Below are positions 1 to 9,849 of a stretch of 64,000 nucleotides of DNA, piece by piece; position 1 is the first letter of the stretch, and every line of letters begins with the position of its first letter. Origin of the DNA: an uncultured bacterium (lineage in GTDB: Bacteria; Electryoneota; AABM5-125-24; Hatepunaeales; Hatepunaeaceae); contig CAZVKN010000001.1 of NCBI GenBank assembly GCA_964627035.1, forward strand, positions 64,783-128,782, read 5' to 3'. The notes beneath the pieces are model-generated. The model saw nothing but the letters and a program-made list of their open reading frames with translations. It made no database searches and was not told the origin of the DNA. The translations under genes were made by a program, and so were the position numbers.

Positions 1-178
1 AAACCGGCATGTTGAAATGTTCAATGATGTTAGCAACCGTGTATGTCTTTCCGGATCCGGTTACACCGAGTAGAGTCTGGAACCGCCGTTTTTGCTCCAC
101 ACCTGCAATTAACTGTTTTATCGCATTCGGCTGGTCGCCTTGTGGTGAGTAATCACTGACTAACTTAAACTTTGCCAC
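1..178 (-). CDS. uvrB: Excinuclease ABC subunit B (UvrB), N-terminal ~59 aa only; the gene continues beyond the window
   Basis: Reverse-strand translation gives (M)[58 protein letters not shown], which matches the conserved UvrB N-terminus and Walker A motif (GVTGSGKT). The only in-frame start is GTG at 178, and there is an in-frame TGA upstream. Confidence 0.7.
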   Translation of the reverse strand, partial: MAKFKLVSDYSPQGDQPNAIKQLIAGVEQKRRFQTLLGVTGSGKTYTVANIIEHFNMPV

Positions 179-181
179 TAA

Positions 182-324
182 TGAGTTCTTTAATATATTC
201 GGTAAATGTCTTGCATGTCATTCTGGACTTGATCCAGAATCCAGTCCTGTATTGACTTTCTGGATTCTCGTCTGCACGGGAATGGCGAATAAAGATTGAA
301 ACAGTGAATATCTCAAAGGTCTTA
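182..324. mobile_element. MITE-like non-autonomous repeat, copy B. It is about 143 bp, has degenerate terminal inverted repeats, and is inverted relative to copy A at 61678..61821
   Basis: By-eye alignment to the reverse complement of 61678..61821 gives about 75-80% identity. It starts TGAGTTCTTT and contains the hairpins ATTCTGGA-CTTGA-TCCAGAAT and TTCTCGT-CTGC-ACGGGAA. These correspond to ATTCCGGA/TCCGGAAT and TTCCCGC/GCGGGAA in copy A, with compensatory changes. Confidence 0.5.
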
Positions 325-333
325 TTAATGTCT

Positions 334-1239
334 CTAACTGCTCTTCATTCCTAAGAAATCTTTGATCACATATTCACTAATTTTGGGGTTTTCTTTTAAT
401 CGTCGAATAGAGTAGGGATACCACTCTTCGCCGTAAGGCACGTAAACTCTCAATCTATGCCCCGCATCGAGGATTATCTTTCGGAGATCTTCAGCAACCC
501 CAAGCAGCATCTGAAATTCATACTGTTGAGGCTCAAGTTTTAGCTCATGAATAATCCTGAGTGCTTCCCAAACTGTCTGTTCGCAGTGTGTTGCGATGCC
601 GACATAGCATCCTCTTGAAAGAAGTTCCCTCAGTATCAGACCAAAATTGTTGATGATTATTTCACGATTGTGATATGCAATTTTGTGATCTTCACGGTAA
701 ATGCCCTTACAAACCCGCACATTGGCTCTGCTTTTCGCTAACTTTGATGCATCGGACAACGTGCGTCTGAGATAAGACTGTATAACTATTCCCACGTTAT
801 CATACTTCTCTTTCAATGAATAGAACATATCAAGCGTGTCATCAGTGAAAGGGCTGTCCTCCATATCAATGCGAACAAAGTTGCCGAGTTCTTTCGCATG
901 TTTTACGATCTTTTCAATCAACTCAATGCAAAATTCAGGTCCGTTTGTCAGTCCCATGTGCGTAGGCTTAAGGGATACATTCGAATCAAGATTGTGTTTT
1001 TTTATTGTGTTTAGAATCTCTATGTATGTTTCAGATGCTTCTATCGCATGCTGCTTATCATCGGAATGTTCTCCAAGCAGATCTATGGTAGTTATAGCAC
1101 CAAGGCTGTTTAACTTCTTTACAGTGGTGATAACCTCATTCAAAGTCTGCCCGGCAATGTATCGTGATGCGACCTTCATAACCAAATATTTCGGCATTGT
1201 AGGTACGACGCTACTGACTATTTTATTTATCAGATCCAT
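334..1239 (-). CDS. Proline dehydrogenase (monofunctional PutA-like)
   Basis: 301-aa ORF whose length and whole-sequence resemblance fit the proline dehydrogenase family (TIM barrel); no P5C dehydrogenase domain. Confidence 0.75.
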   Translation of the reverse strand: MDLINKIVSSVVPTMPKYLVMKVASRYIAGQTLNEVITTVKKLNSLGAITTIDLLGEHSDDKQHAIEASETYIEILNTIKKHNLDSNVSLKPTHMGLTNGPEFCIELIEKIVKHAKELGNFVRIDMEDSPFTDDTLDMFYSLKEKYDNVGIVIQSYLRRTLSDASKLAKSRANVRVCKGIYREDHKIAYHNREIIINNFGLILRELLSRGCYVGIATHCEQTVWEALRIIHELKLEPQQYEFQMLLGVAEDLRKIILDAGHRLRVYVPYGEEWYPYSIRRLKENPKISEYVIKDFLGMKSS

Positions 1240-1259
1240 TCTATTCGAACTCCGGCAGT

Positions 1260-2348
1260 TTAATTGTCTCTGTCACTTTGCATTAAGCTCTCATCCCGCA
1301 TACGATTTAACGCTTCAATATCCTTTTTCTTTCTCGACCTGACCACTGGATCAAGTTTTAATTTAAGCGCAGTATCACTCAGTTCCAATACCATATTGTA
1401 GTCACCGGTAGCATGATACGCACTTGTCAAAAAGTATAAACAAGTTAACTCATTGTAATGATTATTTCGCTCGTATAAACGTACGGATTCGAGGATTGAG
1501 CTGAATACCGGTATTGCTTCCTTCCATCGCTTTGAGTATGAGAGTGCTTTTCCGAGACACCAAAGAAATGCGCGGCGGTTGGGATACTGTTCTAAGGATT
1601 GTCGCGATCGTTTGACAGCGCTGTCATAATCCTTGTTCTCCAAATCTATCCATGCAAGGCTGTTTCGTGCTGCAACCGGAGTGAGAGTACCACGATCAAC
1701 TGCGGTTTGAATGTTGTTCAGTCCTTCTTCGCGCTGGTCCGATATTATGCCGAGGCTTCTCAAGATACCGGCGCTCTTGCTTCGATAATAGCGATACATT
1801 CCCAAACCGTAGTAAGCATCCCAAAATGTCGGATCCAGTGTATTTGCCTTCTCCAGATAGTGACCTGCCCGCAAAGTTCGCCTTAAATGGCTGTATAGCT
1901 TGCCCTGACGTTTCAGCACCAAGCCACAGTACATATCCGCCATGCCGAGATAGTAGAGCAAATATGCAGACGTATCGGGATTCATCTCAAGGGTTTGATC
2001 ACGGACTATATTACACGCATTCAGTATCGCCTGATCGTCAAGATTGTCTTCAAAGTCTATAGCCCTTCCGCTTAGTACAGTTGCACTCAACAAGTAACCA
2101 TACGGGTTTGCAGGATACTGTGTGATAAGGCTGTCAATGAGGTGGAAGGCATTATCATACTCCTCGTTGGTTGCCAGTTCAATGATAACTGAGCTTAATG
2201 TGTGAGAAACAGTGAATTCTGTTATTGATTCTGACGACAGACATGCAGTAATAGGTACTAACAACAGAGCAAGCAGTATAACGAGTTGTTGCTGAAAGGC
2301 GTGCAATAATTTCGTAGTTGTATGTTTCGGAGTCAGTATAGTTTTCAT
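1260..2348 (-). CDS. Hypothetical TPR-like lipoprotein
   Basis: 362-aa ORF with an N-terminal signal/lipobox-like segment (LLALLLVPITAC) and a helical-repeat composition. No specific family recognised. Confidence 0.4.
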   Translation of the reverse strand: MKTILTPKHTTTKLLHAFQQQLVILLALLLVPITACLSSESITEFTVSHTLSSVIIELATNEEYDNAFHLIDSLITQYPANPYGYLLSATVLSGRAIDFEDNLDDQAILNACNIVRDQTLEMNPDTSAYLLYYLGMADMYCGLVLKRQGKLYSHLRRTLRAGHYLEKANTLDPTFWDAYYGLGMYRYYRSKSAGILRSLGIISDQREEGLNNIQTAVDRGTLTPVAARNSLAWIDLENKDYDSAVKRSRQSLEQYPNRRAFLWCLGKALSYSKRWKEAIPVFSSILESVRLYERNNHYNELTCLYFLTSAYHATGDYNMVLELSDTALKLKLDPVVRSRKKKDIEALNRMRDESLMQSDRDN

Positions 2349-2355
2349 TGCAGTA

Positions 2356-2802
2356 TCATTTCGGAGATTCGAGAATTATGGTGACAGGACCGTCATTGAT
2401 AAGGTCAATCTTCATGTGAGCACCAAACTTCCCTCTCTGTATCGGTTTGCCAAGATTGTCTGCAAGCATCTCACAGAATTCATCGAATAGGCTTAATGCT
2501 TCTTTGGGCTTAGTTGCATTGACGAAAGAGGGACGGTTTCCTTTTTTAGTATCAGCACAGAGTGTGAATTGTGAAACAGCAAGCAGCTCACCGGAGACAT
2601 CATTCACGCTCAAATTCATCTTTTCGTTGTCATCTTCAAATATTCGCAGATTGCATATCTTCTTTGACATCCAAATCAGGTCATTCTGAGCATCACTATC
2701 AGCGATACCGACGAGCAGCAGCAGACCGCTGTCAATAGATGCAATTTTATCGCTGTTAACCTGTACAGAAGCACAACTGACCCTTTGAATGACAACTTTC
2801 AT
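2356..2802 (-). CDS. dtd: D-aminoacyl-tRNA deacylase
   Basis: 148 aa; contains the SQFTL motif and a C-terminal GP-containing segment typical of Dtd. Confidence 0.9.
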   Translation of the reverse strand: MKVVIQRVSCASVQVNSDKIASIDSGLLLLVGIADSDAQNDLIWMSKKICNLRIFEDDNEKMNLSVNDVSGELLAVSQFTLCADTKKGNRPSFVNATKPKEALSLFDEFCEMLADNLGKPIQRGKFGAHMKIDLINDGPVTIILESPK

Positions 2803-2806
2803 ATTG

Positions 2807-5800
2807 CTATGCCACCGTGACCCGTCCCTTGCCGACCAGATCGGTCAGGTCATTCAGGAAGTCTCGGTGTGGTCTGATCAAGTATTTACCGATTTTGAAT
2901 GTTCTTTCTTCTCCGTTGCGATACAGCAGATTCAAATAAAGCGGACAGTTGCCGGGATTGTTTGACATCATCCGTTCTAACCTGACAATCAGCGGTTCAG
3001 TTAGATACGAATGTGGGAGTTTGATTTTTACCATTTTACCAAGCTGTTCAGCGGCACTTTCAAGCTCAATTATCCGCTCGATTCTTATCTTCGGATCTTC
3101 ATTGTCATTGTTTCGGGAAGTTATTCCCTGAACACAGACAAGTTTGTCAGCAACTGTCAGATGACTGAAAGTTTCCACATTCTGAGGCATCAGCAGACAC
3201 TCTATTGATCCGGTCGGATCCTCCAACTGAAGAATGCCCATCATGTTCCCACGTTGAGTTTTCTTGAGTTTGAAGGAAGTGATTACCCCAGCAATCTGTA
3301 TCTCGCTGTCACTCTTCATATTACTCTTGTGTTCAAGTTTGTGACTCGATAAGCCCTCAGTTTCATACTCAAACTGCTCCAATGGATGGCTGGTCACATA
3401 GTATCCCAACATCTCCTTTTCAAAAGACTGCTTTTCCGCCGGTGACCATTTTTCTGTCTTCCTCGGAGCAGGCGGAAGCAGGGTCACAGCGTGATTGCTA
3501 TCACCCAAACCTCCAAAAAGCGACTTCTGCCCTTTTAGTTTTTCGTCCTGAATTGCCTGAGCGTACGCTACTGCACCCGGCACAGAATTGAACAGTGCTG
3601 CCCGATTTTTATCTATAGAGTCAAATGCACCTGCGTAGATTAAACTTTCGATACTCTTCTTGTTGACCACTCGAAGATCAATTGATGCGAGGAAATGATG
3701 CAGTGAAGTGAATGTCCCGACCTTGCTTCGCGATTCGATCATCTCGTTTACTGCCGCAGCACCAATGTTCTTAACTGCGATCAGACCGAACCGTATTCCG
3801 TCATCGGTTGCAATGAACGCTATTTCACTCTCGTTAACATCCGGAGAAAGTATCATGACATCATTACTTCGACATTCGTTCAGCAACGCCATCATCTGAT
3901 CCGGTCTGCCGGTGCGCACTGTTAAACATGCTGCAAGATAATCTGCCGGATGGTGAGTCTTCAGATACGCACATTGGTAAGCTATCAGGGCATATCCGGC
4001 AGCATGCGCCTTTACAAAACCGTAATCAGCAAATTTCTCGCACGCATCGTAAATAGCAGTTGTCGTCCTTTCGTTAACTCCACTCTCCACACATCCGTTC
4101 TTAAACTCATCTTCCAATGATTTCATCAGGTGCATCTTCTTCTTGCCCATTGCCCAGCGTAGCACATCAGCCTTGCCCAAGCTGAATCCGGCAAGATCTG
4201 TGGCGATCTTCATCACCTGTTCCTGATAGGTGATCACACCGTATGTTTCTGCAAGTATCGGTTCAAGCTTTTCATGCAGGAACTCAGTTTTAATTTTGCC
4301 ATGCTTCCGCCTGACATATGTGTCAATCTCCTGCATCGGACCCGGTCTGTACAGGGCATTCATCGCGATAAGGTCTTCAAGGCGTGTAGGCTTCAGCTTC
4401 ATCAGATTTTCACGCATTCCTGACGATTCAAACTGAAACACGCCTTTTGTCTGTCCGCTGCCAAACAGATCATAAGTATCACTGTCATCGAGTGGAATCT
4501 TATCGAGATCAACCTCTATTCCTTTTTTTTTTAGTGATTTTACTGTCAAGTCCAACTCAGTAAGAGTTTGCAAACCGAGGAAGTCCATCTTAAGAAGTCC
4601 GAATCCATCCACCCAGTGCATGTCGTATTGGGTATAAAGCTCCTGATCGTCACCGGCTTGCTTATATATCGGCATGTAATCCATCACTGGACCGGGACAA
4701 ATCACAACTCCTGCAGCATGTGTACCCGAATGTCGCGTTGATCCTTGAATAATCCTTGCGTGATCAAAGACCTCCTGATATCTTGGATCAGAATTGATAA
4801 GTTGTTTCAGTTCAGGTACTTCTTCAACTGTTTCTGTTAGAGGCTTGTCCTTGCCACCCGGTTGAAAGGGGACCAATTTAGCAAGTTTGTCACTTTCCCC
4901 AAAGGTGAGACTGCAGACTCTCGCTACATCCCTGATGACAGACTTTGCAGCCATTCGCCCGAAAGTTGTAATTCGACAGACGTTTTCCTCACCATATTTC
5001 TCACGGACATAAGTGATGACTTCCTCACGGCGATTGTCGGCGAAGTCTATATCAATATCCGGAGGTGAGATTCGTTCTGGATTTAGAAATCGCTCGAAGA
5101 TCAAACCGTATTTCAGAGGATCAAGATTGGTTATCCCAAGAGAATAAGCAGTCAGGCACCCTGCGGCTGAACCTCTACCGGGACCGACAGGTATGTCACG
5201 GTCTTTAGCCCACCGGACAAAATCAGCCACAATCAGGAAATAGTTCGAGAATCCGGTCTCTTCAATGACACTCAATTCAACATTTAACCGCTCAATTGCC
5301 TCAGGTGGGGGAGAGGAGCCGTACCGTTCATCCAATCCTTCGAATGAAAGTCGCTCAAGGTATCTGTGCGCAGTAAGTTCCGGCTCATCCGGCAGAGTAA
5401 AGATAGGAAAATGATGCTCACCGAGTGGCAGTTCAATATCGCACTTTTCCGCTATTTCAAGAGTTGTGTCAACCGCTGCGGGGTAATCATGGAACAGCTC
5501 ACGCATCTCATCATCACTCTTCAGATAGAATTCTTCAGATGCAAATCGGAGCCGACTCTCTTCGTCTCGCTTTGATTGAGTTCCGATGCAAAGCAATATA
5601 TCGTGAGCAGAAGCATGTACACGTTTCAGGAAATGGGAGTCGTTTGTAACCACCAATTTAATGTCACTCTCTTCAGCGAACTGGGCAAGGTGAGGTATAA
5701 TGTGTTCCTGTTCATCAATGCCGTGCCGTTGGATCTCAAGATAGAAGTCATCACCAAATATTTCTTTATAGAATGATACAGCTTTATTTGCACTATCGAG

Positions 5801-6253
5801 ATCTCTATTATTGATGTGCTGTGGAATCTCGCCCTGCAGGCAACTGGATAGACAGATCAAACCTTCGCTATATTTTCTCAGCAGCTCTTTGTCAATGCGT
5901 GGTTTGTAATAGAATCCGCTTAAAAAGGCTTCACTGGTCAGTTTTACCAGATTGTGATATCCGATCAGATTTTTGACAAGCAACACCTGATGATAACGGA
6001 GTTCCCCCTCACGTCCAGGTTTCTTTATTCTGCGCGATTCCGGAGCCATGTATAGCTCACAGCCGAGTATCGGCTTTATCCCTGCTTCACGCGCTTTTGT
6101 GTAGAATTCAGGAGCGCCAAACATGTTGCCGTGATCTGTCAGTGCGACGGCTGGTGCACCCTGTTTAACTGATATGCGGATAAGCTCCGGAAGCCGACAT
6201 GCACCGTCAAGAAGGCTGTAATCAGAGTGGTTGTGGAGGTGAACGAAACTCAT
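2807..6253 (-). CDS. dnaE: DNA polymerase III subunit alpha
   Basis: 1148 aa; N-terminal PHP domain (HLHNHSDYSLLDG); overall collinear with DnaE. Confidence 0.95.
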   Translation of the reverse strand: MSFVHLHNHSDYSLLDGACRLPELIRISVKQGAPAVALTDHGNMFGAPEFYTKAREAGIKPILGCELYMAPESRRIKKPGREGELRYHQVLLVKNLIGYHNLVKLTSEAFLSGFYYKPRIDKELLRKYSEGLICLSSCLQGEIPQHINNRDLDSANKAVSFYKEIFGDDFYLEIQRHGIDEQEHIIPHLAQFAEESDIKLVVTNDSHFLKRVHASAHDILLCIGTQSKRDEESRLRFASEEFYLKSDDEMRELFHDYPAAVDTTLEIAEKCDIELPLGEHHFPIFTLPDEPELTAHRYLERLSFEGLDERYGSSPPPEAIERLNVELSVIEETGFSNYFLIVADFVRWAKDRDIPVGPGRGSAAGCLTAYSLGITNLDPLKYGLIFERFLNPERISPPDIDIDFADNRREEVITYVREKYGEENVCRITTFGRMAAKSVIRDVARVCSLTFGESDKLAKLVPFQPGGKDKPLTETVEEVPELKQLINSDPRYQEVFDHARIIQGSTRHSGTHAAGVVICPGPVMDYMPIYKQAGDDQELYTQYDMHWVDGFGLLKMDFLGLQTLTELDLTVKSLKKKGIEVDLDKIPLDDSDTYDLFGSGQTKGVFQFESSGMRENLMKLKPTRLEDLIAMNALYRPGPMQEIDTYVRRKHGKIKTEFLHEKLEPILAETYGVITYQEQVMKIATDLAGFSLGKADVLRWAMGKKKMHLMKSLEDEFKNGCVESGVNERTTTAIYDACEKFADYGFVKAHAAGYALIAYQCAYLKTHHPADYLAACLTVRTGRPDQMMALLNECRSNDVMILSPDVNESEIAFIATDDGIRFGLIAVKNIGAAAVNEMIESRSKVGTFTSLHHFLASIDLRVVNKKSIESLIYAGAFDSIDKNRAALFNSVPGAVAYAQAIQDEKLKGQKSLFGGLGDSNHAVTLLPPAPRKTEKWSPAEKQSFEKEMLGYYVTSHPLEQFEYETEGLSSHKLEHKSNMKSDSEIQIAGVITSFKLKKTQRGNMMGILQLEDPTGSIECLLMPQNVETFSHLTVADKLVCVQGITSRNNDNEDPKIRIERIIELESAAEQLGKMVKIKLPHSYLTEPLIVRLERMMSNNPGNCPLYLNLLYRNGEERTFKIGKYLIRPHRDFLNDLTDLVGKGRVTVA

Positions 6254-6260
6254 ATATGTG

Positions 6261-6959
6261 TTATAGTGATTTCAGCGTTGCAATCTCATCCTTAGTCAAA
6301 TGCCGCCAGCGACCGAGCGATAATTTACCTAATCTCATCGGACCGATTCGGTTCCTCTTGAGCTGAACAACGCGATAGCCTAACTCCTGAAACAGACGAC
6401 GCAGGATCCGCTTGCGACCTTCATGGATTGTGATAAGTATTTTGCCACCTTTGCGGAAGATAATCTTGTCAATTTCGACAGCTCTTCCTTCAACTTTAAT
6501 GCCGCGTTTTAATCTTCGAAAATCCTGTTGAGCAATTGGACGATTGATCCGCATGCTGTATTCTTTTTCAATCTTGTGGCTTGGGTGTGTCAGTCTGTGT
6601 GTCAATTCACCGTCATTTGTCAGCAGTATCAATCCACTACTGTCACGGTCGAGTCTTCCGATTGGATACAGTCTCACCTTAAGGTCAACAAAATCGGTTA
6701 AGGGGACACCTTCCTCATCACCAAGCTGCATAGTTGAGACCACACCCGCCGGTTTGTTGAATGCGATATAGATTAGCTTATCTGAAGGAACCGGTTTAAC
6801 GGGGATTCCATCACAAATAACGGTGTCAGTTTCGCTCACAGAAAGTGCAGGGTCGGTAATGACTAAACCGTTGACACTCACACGCCCCTGTGCAATTATC
6901 CTTTCACTCGCTCTGCGGGATGCGATTCCTGATGTGGACAGATATTTGACGAGTCTCAT
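6261..6959 (-). CDS. rRNA pseudouridine synthase (RsuA/RluB family)
   Basis: 232 aa; S4 domain at the N-terminus followed by a pseudouridine synthase core (NKPAGVVST, GRLDRDSSGLILLTNDG). Confidence 0.8.
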   Translation of the reverse strand: MRLVKYLSTSGIASRRASERIIAQGRVSVNGLVITDPALSVSETDTVICDGIPVKPVPSDKLIYIAFNKPAGVVSTMQLGDEEGVPLTDFVDLKVRLYPIGRLDRDSSGLILLTNDGELTHRLTHPSHKIEKEYSMRINRPIAQQDFRRLKRGIKVEGRAVEIDKIIFRKGGKILITIHEGRKRILRRLFQELGYRVVQLKRNRIGPMRLGKLSLGRWRHLTKDEIATLKSL

Positions 6960-6988
6960 TTATCTACTTAAAATTTACCGCAAAACCT

Positions 6989-7022
6989 AAGGTGTGGCAA
7001 CAGACAAGGCTGCGCCACACCT
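6989..7022 (-). terminator. Terminator-like hairpin downstream of the SPFH gene
   Basis: Perfect 10-bp inverted repeat AAGGTGTGGC...GCCACACCTT with a roughly 14-nt loop. A weak U-rich stretch follows on the minus-strand transcript. Confidence 0.35.
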
Positions 7023-7054
7023 TTGAGGAATGAATCTGAAATGAAATGGTGAGA

Positions 7055-7852
7055 TTAACTTTCTACTTCCTTCGCTTCCCCTCCATCAACTGATTCTGAA
7101 ATCGCGTTCGCTTGTTTTATAAAAGGCGTGAACAGATCAATCGGAATAGGAAAGATTAGCGTTGAATTGTTCTCTGCAGCAACTTCATTCAGCGTCTGTA
7201 AATACCGAAGCTGTAGTGCAATTGGATCCTTTGATATGACTTTAGCAGCTTCCGCAAGTTTGATCGATGCTTGATGTTCTCCCTCAGCATGAGTGATCTT
7301 TGCCCGACGTTCACGTTCTGCTTCGGACTGCTTTGCCCATGCGCGCTTCATCTCCTGCGGTAAGTCAACGTGCTTGATCTCAACGTTGGCGACCTTAATC
7401 CCCCAGGGATCGGTGTGCCTGTCTATGATCTCCTGAAGTTGCATATTGACCTTTTCGCGAGAAGCAAGGAGGTCATCAAGCTCAAACTGACCAAGAACGC
7501 TTCGGAGCGTTGTCTGTGCAAATTGAATTGTGGCAAACAGATAGTTTTCAACTGCAACAACAGCCTTGGACGGATCCATCACTTTGAAATAGATAACAGC
7601 ATTGACCTGCACAGACACATTATCCTTGGTGATAATGTCCTGAGGCGGGACATCGCGGGTTTCCAATCTGAGACTGATCTTGACCATGCGGTCAATCAGC
7701 GGAATGAGCAAAATAAGTCCCGGTCCCTTGCTGCCGACAAGTCGTCCCAAACGGAATATGACACCACGCTCATATTCATTCAGAATCTTAATTGCGCTGG
7801 CGAGAATAAATACTGCCAAAGCGATGAGAATAATAATTGGTGACATTTTCAC
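7055..7852 (-). CDS. SPFH/band-7 (stomatin/prohibitin-like) membrane protein
   Basis: 265 aa; N-terminal TM then an SPFH-like domain and a coiled-coil, EA-rich C-terminus. Confidence 0.8.
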   Translation of the reverse strand: MKMSPIIILIALAVFILASAIKILNEYERGVIFRLGRLVGSKGPGLILLIPLIDRMVKISLRLETRDVPPQDIITKDNVSVQVNAVIYFKVMDPSKAVVAVENYLFATIQFAQTTLRSVLGQFELDDLLASREKVNMQLQEIIDRHTDPWGIKVANVEIKHVDLPQEMKRAWAKQSEAERERRAKITHAEGEHQASIKLAEAAKVISKDPIALQLRYLQTLNEVAAENNSTLIFPIPIDLFTPFIKQANAISESVDGGEAKEVES

Positions 7853-7905
7853 CTCCAGATTATATGAATTTGGAACAATCGAAAGAAAGTTACTACCGAC
7901 AGTAC

Positions 7906-9252
7906 TTACTTTGCCAGCAGTTTATCAACAACTTCTGCAAATTTATCAAGATCATTTTTTCTCTGCTTCTCGGTCACTGCAATCAACAGACAGTTTTCCA
8001 TGTTTGCATCCCATCTTCCCAATGCAGGACCTACATAAATTCCACAATCCAGCAGTTGTTTTTGTAGCTTCTGCCCGGAAGTAGGAAGTTCCAACACGAA
8101 TTCGTTGAAGAACTCTCCACTATGATAAAGCCTGCATCCATGAATTCCTGATAATTTCCTTGCAAGATAGTGAGCTGACCGATAGCTGTTTAGTGCAACT
8201 CGTTTCAATCCATCGTGACCAAGCAAACTAAGATACAGCAAGGCATTCAGTGCGACGAGTGCTTGGTTTGTACAGATATTTGATGTGGCTTTCTCTCGCC
8301 TGATATGCTGTTCACGGGTCTGTAACGTTAAAACAAACCCATCTTTATCATTTTTATCAAGAGCACGAGCTACCAACCGACCGGGTATCATTCTAACCAG
8401 CTCTTTCTTTACAGCAAACAGTCCCACAAACGGTCCGCCGAGGGACATCGAAACTCCAAGTGACTGCCCCTCACCGGTCACAATGTCTGCACCCCAGTCA
8501 CCGGGTGGTTTCAGGATTCCCAATGAAGTTGGGTAAACCGAAGCGATCACCAATGCACCTGCATTATGAGTAATCTCGCTAATCTTATCAACGGGTTCAA
8601 GCAAGCCATAGAAATTTGGTTGCTGGACAACGATCGCACCGGCTCCATCAACCTTTTCGTTCAGATCATCCGGATCAATCACACCATCAATTGATTTGAC
8701 AGTTCTGATCTCAATGCCAACCGGTTTACAATAGGTCACAATAACTTGTTTGTAGTTGGAATTCAGTCCTTCAGGTATCACGACAGTGTTTCTGCGGGTC
8801 TTCTTGAGTGCGAGAAGAACAGCTTCAGCCAGTGCAGAGGCTCCGTCATAATGCGATGCATTTGCGACATCCATTCCGGTCAAACGACAGATCATTGACT
8901 GGAATTCATATATGGTTTGTAACGTCCCTTGAGAAACTTCCGCTTGGTAAGGAGTGTAAGCAGTCAGGAATTCTGAACGGCTTATAATGTGCCCGATGGC
9001 TTTCGGGACGTAGTGGTCGTAAACACCGCCACCGGTAAAATTCAGTTGGTCTCCGGCAGCAATATTATTTTGAGCTAATTCACTGAAGCTTTCATTGAGT
9101 TCGAATTCGGAAAGACCTTCGGGAATGTTTAGCAGTCCATCAATTAACAGATCGTTCGGGACGATACGTTTAATGAGTTCATTAAAAGATGAGATATTAA
9201 TAGTCTCAAGAATTTCCGATCTTTCCGTGTGGCTATGAGAAGTATAATCCAT
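7906..9252 (-). CDS. gcvPA: Glycine dehydrogenase (decarboxylating) subunit 1 (P-protein N-terminal half)
   Basis: 448 aa; length and sequence typical of GcvPA; immediately downstream of gcvH. Confidence 0.9.
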   Translation of the reverse strand: MDYTSHSHTERSEILETINISSFNELIKRIVPNDLLIDGLLNIPEGLSEFELNESFSELAQNNIAAGDQLNFTGGGVYDHYVPKAIGHIISRSEFLTAYTPYQAEVSQGTLQTIYEFQSMICRLTGMDVANASHYDGASALAEAVLLALKKTRRNTVVIPEGLNSNYKQVIVTYCKPVGIEIRTVKSIDGVIDPDDLNEKVDGAGAIVVQQPNFYGLLEPVDKISEITHNAGALVIASVYPTSLGILKPPGDWGADIVTGEGQSLGVSMSLGGPFVGLFAVKKELVRMIPGRLVARALDKNDKDGFVLTLQTREQHIRREKATSNICTNQALVALNALLYLSLLGHDGLKRVALNSYRSAHYLARKLSGIHGCRLYHSGEFFNEFVLELPTSGQKLQKQLLDCGIYVGPALGRWDANMENCLLIAVTEKQRKNDLDKFAEVVDKLLAK

Positions 9253-9257
9253 TCTTG

Positions 9258-9635
9258 TTATGCAATCGTCTTCTGATATTCTTCCGGTGACAACAGCGAG
9301 GATGCATCTTTTTCATCCGATATTTTGATTTTGACAATCCAACCATCTTCATAGGGCGAATTATTAATCAGCTCCGGTGATTGATCAAGCTCGGTATTGA
9401 TGGAGACAATTTCACCTGCCACAGGTGCATTAAGATCAGCAGCAGCCTTTACTGCCTCAATTGTTCCGAACGGCTCATCCTGTACAGCCTGATCACCTAA
9501 TTCAGGCAGATCAACGAATACAATGTCGCCAAGCTCACCCTGGGCGTATTCAGTAATGCCTACTGTGCATTCATCACCGTCAATACGGACCCACTCATGG
9601 TCCTTTGTGTAAAGCAGATCAGATGGAACATTCAT
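9258..9635 (-). CDS. gcvH: Glycine cleavage system H protein
   Basis: MNVPSDLLYTKDHEWVRIDGDECTVGITEYAQGELGDIVFVDLPE... lipoyl-domain fold. The start was moved to the internal ATG at 9635 (AAAGAG RBS 7 nt upstream). The longer ORF-track extension would run into a REP-like element. Confidence 0.9.
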   Translation of the reverse strand: MNVPSDLLYTKDHEWVRIDGDECTVGITEYAQGELGDIVFVDLPELGDQAVQDEPFGTIEAVKAAADLNAPVAGEIVSINTELDQSPELINNSPYEDGWIVKIKISDEKDASSLLSPEEYQKTIA

Positions 9636-9696
9636 TTGCAGACTCTTTAATTTAATTAAGACGGATATTTTGGCAGTGTCAGGCAACGATTGATAT

Positions 9697-9752
9697 GTAG
9701 TCGTGGTTGTCCTCAACCGCGACGCCGTCTGGTTTGAGACAAACCCGACTAC
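9697..9752. repeat. REP-like palindromic element E1 (two-hairpin unit)
   Basis: Sequence GTAGTCGTGGTTGTCCTCAACCGCGAC GCCGTCTGGTTTGAGACAAACCCGACTAC. The first hairpin is GTCGTGGTTG/CAACCGCGAC (one G.U position) and the second is GGTTTG-AGA-CAAACC. The outer GTAGTCG...CGACTAC closes the unit. Confidence 0.6.
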
Positions 9753-9849
9753 AATTTGACAACTTATTTTTATTTAATGAATTAACGAGCAATATCAACT
9801 ATTGCCCGACACTACCGATATTTTAATACAACAGTTTTTTCGTAGTGAG

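Noticed and set aside
836-1342. Multiple 60-170-aa antisense ORFs inside confidently called genes (e.g. 836-1342, 7370-7843, 10561-11019, 57515-58042, 18107-18610, 38879-39324)
   Set aside because: All are on the opposite strand of long, conserved CDSs, have no RBS, and have odd amino-acid composition. They are typical reading-frame shadows in a roughly 45% GC genome.
9636-9716. N-terminal extension of gcvH proposed by the ORF track (MRTTTTTYQSL...)
   Set aside because: The extension is Thr-rich low-complexity sequence, runs into the REP-like palindrome, and lacks an RBS. The internal ATG at 9635 gives a canonical GcvH N-terminus with an AAAGAG RBS.
9636-9849. Glycine riboswitch upstream of gcvH
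   Set aside because: I read the leader on the transcribed strand and found no GGAGAG / CUCUGGAGAG / ACCGAAGGGGCAA-like aptamer cores.
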